Shown: piece after piece, positions 47,013-55,749 of the stretch
Numbering within the stretch: the first letter of the stretch is position 1
How the letters are laid out: each line of letters begins with the position of its first letter
IMG/VR virus record: IMGVR_UViG_3300049793_000366
Location: 310,001 to 374,000 of that record
Strand: one strand, 5' to 3'
Length of the DNA stretch: 64,000 nt
The notes under the pieces: model-generated
The model's database searches: none
What the model was told of the DNA's origin: nothing
Seen by the model: only the letters and a program-made list of their open reading frames with translations
Position numbers and translations under genes: made by a program

Positions 47013-49823
47013 ATGATAAATTCAAAAACACAGCAAGGATCAATCTATTTTCACGGAACCAATGGTCAACTATTTAATGGTTGTGCTTATATCGAAATTG
47101 GTCAGATATTAGGTACACTATATGCTAAGATGATAGCACAAGTAGACTTAATCAACGGTGTGATTCGAATGTCTCTTACTGATGAAACTATTTCTAAATT
47201 CTCATTAGACGAGAGTGATACAGCAAGAATAAATTCTGAGCTAAGTGATGTAGCAGATAAAGTGAATGATGGTTCTATCGAAGAAGATAGTAATCACACT
47301 ACTTGGGATTTCTATGAGTCAAGCGACTGCACTCAAGATAGATATAGTGTTACTGATGTTGAATACACAGCTAATAAAATATTACAAGCTAATCTTGGTA
47401 ATTCAAGTACACCTCCTCCGGGTTTAATGTCAACAGCAATGGGCATTCATAATCAAAGTGCTTCACAAAATTTAAAAAATAATTTAGGTAATCCATTCTC
47501 TAAGATAGATGATATCTTAGGTCAAGATACTGAGAAGAAAACCACTGAGCGTGATGATGCAATTGATAAAGTGCGTGATGTAGCAAACACTGGTTTAAAG
47601 ATTGGTAGAACCAGTAGAGGTGAATTAGCAGAAGTTGTTTTGAAGCTTTATAGCTTAGATGATTTATGCTATTCTATCCCAGGTACTCGTGTAGTAATGG
47701 TTGAAAGAAAAAAAGCAAACAATCGTGTTGGTAGTAATGAGTTCTATGTAGTTGAAGAAATTATTGAGAACACAGAAGTATATTTAGTTTTATCAAACAG
47801 TGATGATGAAGCAACACCGCGTAAAATACTTTACTCAGATATGAGACAAGACTCAATGAACGGTACTGCTATGCTTAAACACGAAGCATTAGAAGTAGGC
47901 GACTTGATGGATATTCATTTATTAAAAGTTGAACAAAAACCAATCAGCAAACTTATGTCATTATTCGAAGATGAACCAAAAGAAGAAGAGATTGAAGTGA
48001 ACGATACTCACTTAGATAAGTTAAATTCATTATTCGGTGACGATGATGAAACAGAAACACACGAAGAAGAGAAAGAAGAAGAACAACACGAAGAGAATGA
48101 AAGTTCTGTAAATAAAATTGATGAACTTCTTGCGGGTATCGAAGAAAAAGCAGAAGAGAAAGAAACACACGAAGAAGAAGTAAAAGAAGAACCTAAAATA
48201 TCATATGCTGCTCAGATGATTGCTGAGTCTATGAATACAATGAACGCTGATAAAATCGCTGAATTAAAAGAGCGTATCGCAGAGAAACAAAAAGATATTA
48301 AAAAATATCAATACGAAGCTAAATTAGCTGAACAGAGAGCTAAACAATCTGAGACTGATTTAGAAGTTTTATATTCTCGTCTTGGTCAAATGGAACCTAA
48401 GAAACCAGCAAATGGTTATGGCTTCGCAGTTGGTGTAATGAATGAAGAAAATGCAAGCATGGAAGTATTAATCATACGTGCTGCTGATTCATATACACAA
48501 GATGATTTCAAAAACACAGTTATACCAGAAGACGTGAAGAAAGAATTAGCTGAGCTAGGGCTTGAAATCGCAAGTGCTGGTTTAGGTGAGTCTACATGGA
48601 AGCAACCAGGTATCGATGCTGAAACTATTGAGAAGTTAAAAAATGGCGCTCGTATTTCATTGAAAGGTATGTACAAAGCATACCACGAATTAAAACTTGA
48701 CTTAACTAAAGCAGGGTTTGTTCACGATGCTAATCTTGAGTTATACATCGATAAGAAGAAAGAAGAATTATGTGCTTCTATTCAAACTGGTTCAAGTGAA
48801 ATGGATAACGAAATTCGTCAATCAATCGGATTATTCGATGCTGTGAATGAAGTTGCTCCGATGGGAATGGGTGGTAACACTCAAGTGGGACCAAACACAG
48901 TAATGCCATTTGGTAATCCTTACACTACTAATCCAGTGAATGTAAACCCAAATAGTAATGGGATGCAGATTAATCAACAAGGAACACAAACTGTGAAAAC
49001 AGATGATGGCTCTCTTGAAGTAGCAGTTGGTTCATATAGCAACATCGCTGATTTAATTAATTCATCACCTGAGTTACAGAAAGCATGGAATGACGACCAA
49101 GGTGGAATGATTTCTATCGAAGACTTCATGGATGATTCAGATAAAGAAGATATCGAATTAGCTATTCTTATTGACCTTGGCTTTAATCAAGCAACAGGTA
49201 AGAATAACATCACTGTAACAAATACTACTGATAGTGATTGGAGAAATCATAGAGTTATTGTTACTACAACCAATCAGTATTTCAATAAAACAAAAACAGT
49301 AGCAACAGAAGATGCGAATAAATATTCACACATCACTGATTCAACTAAGTTAGAAACTAATAGTGATTATACTACTGTTATCACTAATGATTATAGCGAT
49401 GTTGAAGTATCTGAGAATTTTGATGTTAGAGTTCAACTATTAAATAAGATTAAGTCTAATAGCGAATTTACTAACGGTATCACAGAAGATAACATCAGTA
49501 ACTTTGTATATGAGCTACAAGAGTTAAAAGGTTGGCCACAGATAGACCAATTCGATGGGAATGAGTGGTCTGGTGCTGAAAATTTAGACTTAGAGAACTA
49601 CGAAATCGTAGAAGTGTCCAAAAATCGCGTATCTATCTCTTGTGGTGGAGATTGGCAGTCACCTGCACTTGTCCATATTGGATGTGACGAAAAGGGTAAT
49701 CCAATCGTGTATAATGCTGAGTATCAGGAATATACAGATGGTATGTCGGATAGCGACATTGTGGACGCTTTTTCAATATCCAACATTCGTGACCAAAAAA
49801 TAACGGATATTTCAAAAAATTAA
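47013..49823 (+). CDS. Large acidic multidomain/coiled-coil protein between the MoxR and VWA genes
   Basis: 936 aa; Glu-rich linker, coiled coil, repeated KIDDIL/KLNSLF/KIDELL helices; ends RDQKITDI. Confidence 0.75.
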   Translation: MINSKTQQGSIYFHGTNGQLFNGCAYIEIGQILGTLYAKMIAQVDLINGVIRMSLTDETISKFSLDESDTARINSELSDVADKVNDGSIEEDSNHTTWDFYESSDCTQDRYSVTDVEYTANKILQANLGNSSTPPPGLMSTAMGIHNQSASQNLKNNLGNPFSKIDDILGQDTEKKTTERDDAIDKVRDVANTGLKIGRTSRGELAEVVLKLYSLDDLCYSIPGTRVVMVERKKANNRVGSNEFYVVEEIIENTEVYLVLSNSDDEATPRKILYSDMRQDSMNGTAMLKHEALEVGDLMDIHLLKVEQKPISKLMSLFEDEPKEEEIEVNDTHLDKLNSLFGDDDETETHEEEKEEEQHEENESSVNKIDELLAGIEEKAEEKETHEEEVKEEPKISYAAQMIAESMNTMNADKIAELKERIAEKQKDIKKYQYEAKLAEQRAKQSETDLEVLYSRLGQMEPKKPANGYGFAVGVMNEENASMEVLIIRAADSYTQDDFKNTVIPEDVKKELAELGLEIASAGLGESTWKQPGIDAETIEKLKNGARISLKGMYKAYHELKLDLTKAGFVHDANLELYIDKKKEELCASIQTGSSEMDNEIRQSIGLFDAVNEVAPMGMGGNTQVGPNTVMPFGNPYTTNPVNVNPNSNGMQINQQGTQTVKTDDGSLEVAVGSYSNIADLINSSPELQKAWNDDQGGMISIEDFMDDSDKEDIELAILIDLGFNQATGKNNITVTNTTDSDWRNHRVIVTTTNQYFNKTKTVATEDANKYSHITDSTKLETNSDYTTVITNDYSDVEVSENFDVRVQLLNKIKSNSEFTNGITEDNISNFVYELQELKGWPQIDQFDGNEWSGAENLDLENYEIVEVSKNRVSISCGGDWQSPALVHIGCDEKGNPIVYNAEYQEYTDGMSDSDIVDAFSISNIRDQKITDISKN

Positions 49824-49883
49824 CGAAACTTCCTTGCACAATCGGATAAAATAACTTATATTTGTAACAAATAAAAAAACACT

Positions 49884-51449
49884 ATGATAGTAAAAGACAT
49901 ACACGAGAAATTATTAGCTGGTATTCAGCAAATGTTAATTGATTTAAAAGTTAATTTACCGTACTACGGTGAGTTTAACCTCTTCGTTAACTTTCACGAA
50001 CAAGAGAGTGTGGGTACTTGTGGAGTAAACGTATCAGCTAAAGGTATGAACTTCTATTACAACCCAAAGTTTTTAGATAAGCTTTCTCAGAAAGAAGTTA
50101 ACTTCATCACTCTTCACGAAGATTTCCACTTACTATTTAATCACCCTCGTCGTACTGTAACCGGACAGTACAATCCGAAGCTTGCGAATATCGCTCAAGA
50201 TATGATTATCAATCATATCATCTGGGAAGATATCAACCACGACTTCGTTGAAATTCCTAAAGACGATAAAGGTAAGAACATGGCTTTGTTCGTACCAAAA
50301 GAATATCAAGATAAATTAATCTTTGAACCATTATACGAGTGGTTGAAAGATAAGAAAGAAGAACACGACAAGAAGAAAAAGTGCGATAGCAACTGTAAGT
50401 CTTGTAATGGTTCTGGTAAGCAACAACAGCAACAGGGTCAAGGACAAGGTCAACAAAACCAACAAGGTCAAGGACAGCAGGGACAAGGACAAGGTCAGGG
50501 TCAAGATGGCCAAGACCCACAAAATGGTCAAGGTCAAGGTCAAGGACAGGGCGAAGGTCAAGGTGATGGTCAAGGTGATGGTCAACACAATCATAACCAA
50601 AATCAAAGCCAAGGTGGTGGTGGAGGTACTCAACAACCATGCCCAGACTGTAATGGTTCTGGTCAAGGTGAGACTGATAGCTCTGGTAAACCATCTTACG
50701 GTCCTTACGGTAAAAACCCTAAGAACGAAAAAGGAAATATGGACACTCACTCTTTAGAGTCTATCTTTGACTCTATGGATAACAATGATGGTCAATATCT
50801 TGATAATCACATGGTAGACGAAATTCCTGAGGAATTGCGTGAGACAATGGTGAAAGACATCATGGAACGTCTTGCCGCTCGTGGTCTTGCTTCCGGTAAC
50901 ATGGAGACAACTCTTAACAAGCTTCGTAAGCAACGTAAAGATTACTTACGTGAGATTAAACGTTCTATCTCAAGTGTAATCTTTGGTACTACTAAACAAA
51001 GAACTATCACTAAGCCTAACCGCCGTGGTATCTCTGGTCTGAAAGGTAACCGTAAGGTTAAAACTAAGATTAACTGTATTCTTGATACATCAGGATCTAT
51101 GGGTGGTACATTTGAGAAAGTACTTTCTTACATCTACCGTAACGATATCGAGGTAAACTTGATTGAAGCTGATACTGATGTAAAATGGATTCAAACCATT
51201 AAGAACAAACGTAAGCTTGCTTCTTTACCTATCAAGGGACTTGGTGGTACGGTTTTACAACCAGCTATCAACTTAGTAGCAGAGCGATTCAATGAGTTCA
51301 ACACAGTTGTATTAACTGATGGTTACTGCGATAGTTTAGACTTATCAAAAATCAAAGGTCGAGTGCTTATGATTTCAATTGGAACTAAAGTACCAATCAC
51401 TAAGACGAATGGTAAAGTCAAACAAATACAAGTTGACCCAACCCAATAA
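49884..51449 (+). CDS. Metallopeptidase-like plus VWA domain protein (DUF2201-like), MoxR partner
   Basis: LHEDFH (HExxH), NIAQDMIIN, LDTSGSM MIDAS, GLGGT, LTDG; G/Q-rich insert between CxxCxGxG motifs. Confidence 0.85.
   Translation: MIVKDIHEKLLAGIQQMLIDLKVNLPYYGEFNLFVNFHEQESVGTCGVNVSAKGMNFYYNPKFLDKLSQKEVNFITLHEDFHLLFNHPRRTVTGQYNPKLANIAQDMIINHIIWEDINHDFVEIPKDDKGKNMALFVPKEYQDKLIFEPLYEWLKDKKEEHDKKKKCDSNCKSCNGSGKQQQQQGQGQGQQNQQGQGQQGQGQGQGQDGQDPQNGQGQGQGQGEGQGDGQGDGQHNHNQNQSQGGGGGTQQPCPDCNGSGQGETDSSGKPSYGPYGKNPKNEKGNMDTHSLESIFDSMDNNDGQYLDNHMVDEIPEELRETMVKDIMERLAARGLASGNMETTLNKLRKQRKDYLREIKRSISSVIFGTTKQRTITKPNRRGISGLKGNRKVKTKINCILDTSGSMGGTFEKVLSYIYRNDIEVNLIEADTDVKWIQTIKNKRKLASLPIKGLGGTVLQPAINLVAERFNEFNTVVLTDGYCDSLDLSKIKGRVLMISIGTKVPITKTNGKVKQIQVDPTQ
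50419..50630 (+). repeat. GGTCAA/GGACAA-type low-complexity repeat encoding a G/Q tract
   Basis: Direct inspection. Confidence 0.8.
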
Positions 51450-51453
51450 TAAC

Positions 51454-51480
51454 AAGCCCTCTTAACGGAGGGCTTTTTTT
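51454..51480 (+). terminator. Intrinsic terminator
   Basis: AAGCCCTC-TTAACG-GAGGGCTT followed by a T run. Confidence 0.85.
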
Positions 51481-51496
51481 CTTCTTTCATTTTCAC

Positions 51497-51817
51497 ATGA
51501 TAGCAATCAAAGCAAAGTTTATAGGTAGCGATAGTCTTGGGTTTAAACATGGCTATGACTATGATTTACATATACGACCAATACAACTCGTAGCGAATGA
51601 TGTTAATGCTATGAGCATACAACCATTTCCGTTAAACAAAGCTCAAGCTTGTGAATATCAAAGCTGGAATTCATTCACAAAAAATTGGAAAGTCACTGAT
51701 GTAAACGAAGCCGATTTAGCAGAGGGTGTTAAGATTTTTAAAAGTACTTATCATTCAATATTTGAAAATCTAAAATCGGAAATAAGAAACCTCAAAATAA
51801 TTAGGATAATTGATTAA
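51497..51817 (+). CDS. Hypothetical protein with C-terminal R-motif (RNLKIIRII)
   Basis: 106-aa ORF. Confidence 0.6.
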   Translation: MIAIKAKFIGSDSLGFKHGYDYDLHIRPIQLVANDVNAMSIQPFPLNKAQACEYQSWNSFTKNWKVTDVNEADLAEGVKIFKSTYHSIFENLKSEIRNLKIIRIID

Positions 51818-51837
51818 TTGTCCGTATATTTATTAAC

Positions 51838-52968
51838 ATGGATATCAAGAAAACATTTATAAAGCTTACTTCTAAAACGTATCCGTACGGCACTGAGGAT
51901 CAATTATTGAGCTTCTTACCTAAAGACATCAAGATAGATGAACACGGTAATTACTATACCAAGATTGGTAAAGACAGTAAAACTATTTTTGCTTGTCACT
52001 TAGATACAGCGTGTAAAGAAGAAGTTAAAGTAAAACATATTTTCAGAAACAACTTCATTGAGACAGATGGTAAATCTATTCTCGGTGCTGATGATAAAGC
52101 TGGTGTAACAATATTACTTTGGTTACATAAACACAAAGTACCAGGTACATACTATTTCTTCATTGGTGAAGAAGTTGGTTGTATTGGTTCGGGTCAAGCA
52201 TCTAAAGATGTAAAGCAATTTAAAAAGTATGACAGAATCATTTCATTTGATAGAAAAGATACTTGTTCTGTAATTACTCACCAATCTTGGTCTCGTAGCT
52301 GTTCAGACGCATTTGCTGACGGTTTAATAAACGAACTTAAAAAAGGTGACTTACATCTTAAGAAAGATGATGGTGGTGTTTACACCGACTCTGCTGAGTT
52401 TGTAAATGTTATTCCTGAGTGTACTAACTTATCTGTTGGTTATTATTCAGAACACACACATAACGAAAGACAAGATATAGTTTTCTTAGAAAAATTATGT
52501 CACGCTCTATTACTCGTTGATTGGGAATCATTACCAACTGAAAGAGATCCTAAGAAAACAGAATACAAATCATATGCTAACGATGATTATGAATATGGTT
52601 ATGGTTGGGGTGGTAGCTATCACACAACCGCTAATAAAAACTCTTCTGGTTTCAACGAAGGTTATGGTTTAGAAGACTTCTCTGTTGACCCATATACATT
52701 CAACGTAACTAAAAAAACAAGACGCTCTACCAAAAAGAAAAAAGGTGATGATGATTTCTTCATCAATGATAGAGACTTTTTCGAACCATTAAGTGATAAT
52801 GATTATGTCGTACCGGCTAAGAAATTTCACTATGGTATTTTGAAAGAAATTTACTTCGATGATAGATTAACTGAAGAAGAAATATCTATCGTTAAAGAAC
52901 AATACTTAGATATGGAAAATCCAGATGATGTAGCCTTTGCTAACCATTTAGATTTAATTCGTAGATAA
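51838..52968 (+). CDS. M20/M28-family zinc peptidase
   Basis: CHLDT, GADDKAG, GEEVG, SFDR, YTDS, GYYSEHT. Confidence 0.8.
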   Translation: MDIKKTFIKLTSKTYPYGTEDQLLSFLPKDIKIDEHGNYYTKIGKDSKTIFACHLDTACKEEVKVKHIFRNNFIETDGKSILGADDKAGVTILLWLHKHKVPGTYYFFIGEEVGCIGSGQASKDVKQFKKYDRIISFDRKDTCSVITHQSWSRSCSDAFADGLINELKKGDLHLKKDDGGVYTDSAEFVNVIPECTNLSVGYYSEHTHNERQDIVFLEKLCHALLLVDWESLPTERDPKKTEYKSYANDDYEYGYGWGGSYHTTANKNSSGFNEGYGLEDFSVDPYTFNVTKKTRRSTKKKKGDDDFFINDRDFFEPLSDNDYVVPAKKFHYGILKEIYFDDRLTEEEISIVKEQYLDMENPDDVAFANHLDLIRR

Positions 52969-52969
52969 A

Positions 52970-53323
52970 ATGTTTGAGAGACTAAATATATTTTCCAATA
53001 AAACAATTTTTGATTTAGTTCAATCATTGAAGGACTATGATGTTGATTTTAGTATCAACATGAATCTTGTTCAAGTTTCGTCCACAAATATACCCAAAGA
53101 TAAAATAATTTTATATTCCAAACTAGTTGATAGACAGGTAGCTAAGTATGAATTTAGTTTTAGAAAGGAATCTTTCGACAACAATAGCACGATAAAAATA
53201 TATCATGAACTGAACGTGTTATTGAAAAAGCTAAAATCTATTGGTTGCGATGCGGAAATCTCAGAAAACGATAAATTAATTATTGTTCTTGCGATTCCTG
53301 TAGATGTCGATAATTTGGTTTGA
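52970..53323 (+). CDS. Hypothetical protein
   Basis: 117-aa ORF. Confidence 0.55.
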   Translation: MFERLNIFSNKTIFDLVQSLKDYDVDFSINMNLVQVSSTNIPKDKIILYSKLVDRQVAKYEFSFRKESFDNNSTIKIYHELNVLLKKLKSIGCDAEISENDKLIIVLAIPVDVDNLV

Positions 53324-53506
53324 TTTAATCTTCTGCTCAGGAGCATTCCAAATTTTGGATTCCTTGATGTTATGAGAGACGGTGATATATCCACCTTTCT
53401 TGCTTAATATCTTCACAGGGGTTATCATATCGTTATACCAGTACTTTATTAGTACAATAGCACCTACTTCATGACGAAATGAATTAAACTCTAATATTAA
53501 CCTCAT
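53276..53506 (-). CDS. Small late protein (N-terminal MRLILEFNSF), SH3-like
   Basis: ATG 4 nt after TAATATATA (53511-53519, minus strand). Confidence 0.55.
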   Translation of the reverse strand: MRLILEFNSFRHEVGAIVLIKYWYNDMITPVKILSKKGGYITVSHNIKESKIWNAPEQKIKSNQIIDIYRNRKNNN

Positions 53507-53519
53507 AGCATATATATTA

Positions 53520-54596
53520 ATGATGAAACTCCAAATTGACAACAATTTCAAAAAATTTTTAGAAGTAAACGCAAATAGAAGCATAATCTGTGCTTTACTG
53601 AGCCACGGCGGTCCGGAATATCTCAATTTAAATGATTTTAACTGGATTAGGAAGTCGATTGTAAAAGATGATATGGTTTCATACCTACCATTAAAGAAAT
53701 ACGAGCAGTACAAGAATGAACCAGGATTCGAACCATTCGATGGTTATGGTAGAATGCAAGTAAAAGCTGGTAAGTTCGTGAATAAGATTCTAAAGCCGAA
53801 TACATTTACTGAATTTAAAATTAATGATGTTGAAATTGAAAAGTTTGTCAATCTATTAAAGTCAGATTCATATAAATACGAAAACTGCAAATTGGAAATT
53901 GTAGAAGGGTCTGATATAAATAAATATTATTCAGAGAATACATACTTCATCGATGATACATCGAATCAAAGAGGTACATTGTGGTCTTCTTGTATGAGAC
54001 ATACACATATGCACGAGTTATTCAACATCTATCGCGATAGTGCTAAGATGTTGGTTCTATTCACACCAGAGAAAACAGTTAGAGGCAGAGCTTTATTATG
54101 GGATGCGTTTAATCCTATTACCAATGTTACTTATAAGGTAATGGATAGAATCTATCACTATGACGAATCTGACACTGAGCTATTCTTAAAATGGGCAAAT
54201 GAAAATGGTTACATAACCAAATCACATCAAGATGCACATAACTATAACCTATTTGATGTAAATGGTGTCAGTACGCCACTTGAACTACAAGTTAATCTAC
54301 CAGTTGGTAGTTACGAGTTCTACCCGTATTTAGATACGTTTAAATTCTTTTGTTCAAATCTTAAGTGTGTTAGAAATTTCAATCGCTTAGGTCAAACCTA
54401 TTGTTTAATACAAACAAATGGTACGGCACAAGAAAGTTGTCCTTCCGAAGAAGAGGGAATCGATGAAAATTACACATATGATTATGAACCGAGTGCTGCT
54501 TACGATGATGAATTAGAATTAGTCGAAGAGGCTCCATCAGAACCAATCACAATTCAAATGACACTCGATAACCTTAGCGATATGATAGAGATATAA
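53520..54596 (+). CDS. SCM/RALLW/MDRxY family protein, paralog 3
   Basis: VSYLP, KAGKFV, IEKFVN, EIVEG.DI, GTLWSSCMR, GRALLW, MDRIY, YPYLDTF. Confidence 0.7.
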   Translation: MMKLQIDNNFKKFLEVNANRSIICALLSHGGPEYLNLNDFNWIRKSIVKDDMVSYLPLKKYEQYKNEPGFEPFDGYGRMQVKAGKFVNKILKPNTFTEFKINDVEIEKFVNLLKSDSYKYENCKLEIVEGSDINKYYSENTYFIDDTSNQRGTLWSSCMRHTHMHELFNIYRDSAKMLVLFTPEKTVRGRALLWDAFNPITNVTYKVMDRIYHYDESDTELFLKWANENGYITKSHQDAHNYNLFDVNGVSTPLELQVNLPVGSYEFYPYLDTFKFFCSNLKCVRNFNRLGQTYCLIQTNGTAQESCPSEEEGIDENYTYDYEPSAAYDDELELVEEAPSEPITIQMTLDNLSDMIEI

Positions 54597-54598
54597 AA

Positions 54599-55357
54599 TT
54601 AAATTTTATATCTCTTCATTACCTCAATTAGAAATGGATCTCTAACGATATCATCTTCGGTGAATTGCATAAATTCAATACCAGATATACCTTGAAATCT
54701 ATTAAAAGCATCTTCCAAACCAGATTTATCACTTTTACTAAGCTTTAAGTCTGACTGCTCTATATCACCCATTATAATCAATTTGGTGCCTTCTCCCATA
54801 CGAGAGATGAATAACTTCATCTCATCTATTGTGCAGTTCTGAGCCTCGTCTAAAACGCAAATACAACCAAGTGGGTTACCTTCATCATCATAGTGGCCAA
54901 ATGTATTACCTCTTAAATAGTTTAAGGGTACTTCTTTAACCAATTCATTACTCTTAAAATAAGTAACACTTTCTGAGCCAGCTAATTTTTTAAGGTTAGC
55001 CCAAAATGAGAACATATAGGGACTTAATTTCTCTTCTAATGTACCAGGTAAATGACCCATAGTTTTAGCAGCTTCAATTGAAGGTTTTGTTATGATGATT
55101 TGGTTTATTTTAAACTTATCATCCTTTAGCATTTTCAGAGCAGCCATCAAAGCAATATAAGTCTTACCTGTACCAGGCGCACCAGCGATAAACGTGATCC
55201 TACTTGATATGATTTTAGTAAATAATTCTTTTTGTTTTTGATTTTTAAACTTCGACTGAAATGTAAATGTTTTGTCTACTTTTTTATCAGCTTTTTTACC
55301 GTGTTCACCTGAATCCTCATTGGATTTCTTCTTGTGATTTTGACGTGGTTTGGTCAT
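54599..55357 (-). CDS. phoH: PhoH-like ATPase
   Basis: GAPGTGKTYIA, GHLPGTLEEK, YLRG.TF, LDEAQN, SRMGE, GDIEQSD. Confidence 0.92.
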   Translation of the reverse strand: MTKPRQNHKKKSNEDSGEHGKKADKKVDKTFTFQSKFKNQKQKELFTKIISSRITFIAGAPGTGKTYIALMAALKMLKDDKFKINQIIITKPSIEAAKTMGHLPGTLEEKLSPYMFSFWANLKKLAGSESVTYFKSNELVKEVPLNYLRGNTFGHYDDEGNPLGCICVLDEAQNCTIDEMKLFISRMGEGTKLIIMGDIEQSDLKLSKSDKSGLEDAFNRFQGISGIEFMQFTEDDIVRDPFLIEVMKRYKI

Positions 55358-55487
55358 GTAATCGGTTTTTTTTTAATTCCTAAAAAAGAATATAAAGTAT
55401 ATATTGATTTCCTGCTTCTTTATTGGTATATATGAAAAACCTCATCACAATCTGTTTTATATATACTCTAAAATGTAATGCACACCA

Positions 55488-55703
55488 ATGAAAGACAGGG
55501 AAGCACTGATATATGACCTAATTTTTTCCGAAAAAACTGACTATGAAATTAACGTGGCAGAATACATTGTGGATATTTATAAATACGATTATTTTATTTC
55601 AGATATAAAGAAAATACTTAAAAAGTCAAAAGTTTCAATACTTTCAGATAAAATCGACCTTGAACCTAAAAAAGTTATGTGGAAAATCAAGGTTAAAAAG
55701 TAA
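55488..55703 (+). CDS. Hypothetical protein
   Basis: 71-aa ORF after a TATATA element. Confidence 0.55.
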   Translation: MKDREALIYDLIFSEKTDYEINVAEYIVDIYKYDYFISDIKKILKKSKVSILSDKIDLEPKKVMWKIKVKK

Positions 55704-55719
55704 GCATAGACGAACATTT

Positions 55720-55728
55720 TAATATATA
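55720..55728 (+). promoter_or_regulatory. Putative phage late promoter TAATATATA
   Basis: Identical 9-mer also at 1684(+), 4109-4117(-), 9594(+), 20295-20303(-), 23118(+), 32926(+), 53511-53519(-) and 60877(+), each just upstream of a gene. Confidence 0.65.
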
Positions 55729-55749
55729 CTTCAAAGTTAATAAATTAGA

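Noticed and set aside
50257-50757. Alternative-frame ORFs over the G/Q repeat
   Set aside because: Stop-free shadows of a low-complexity repeat within the VWA gene
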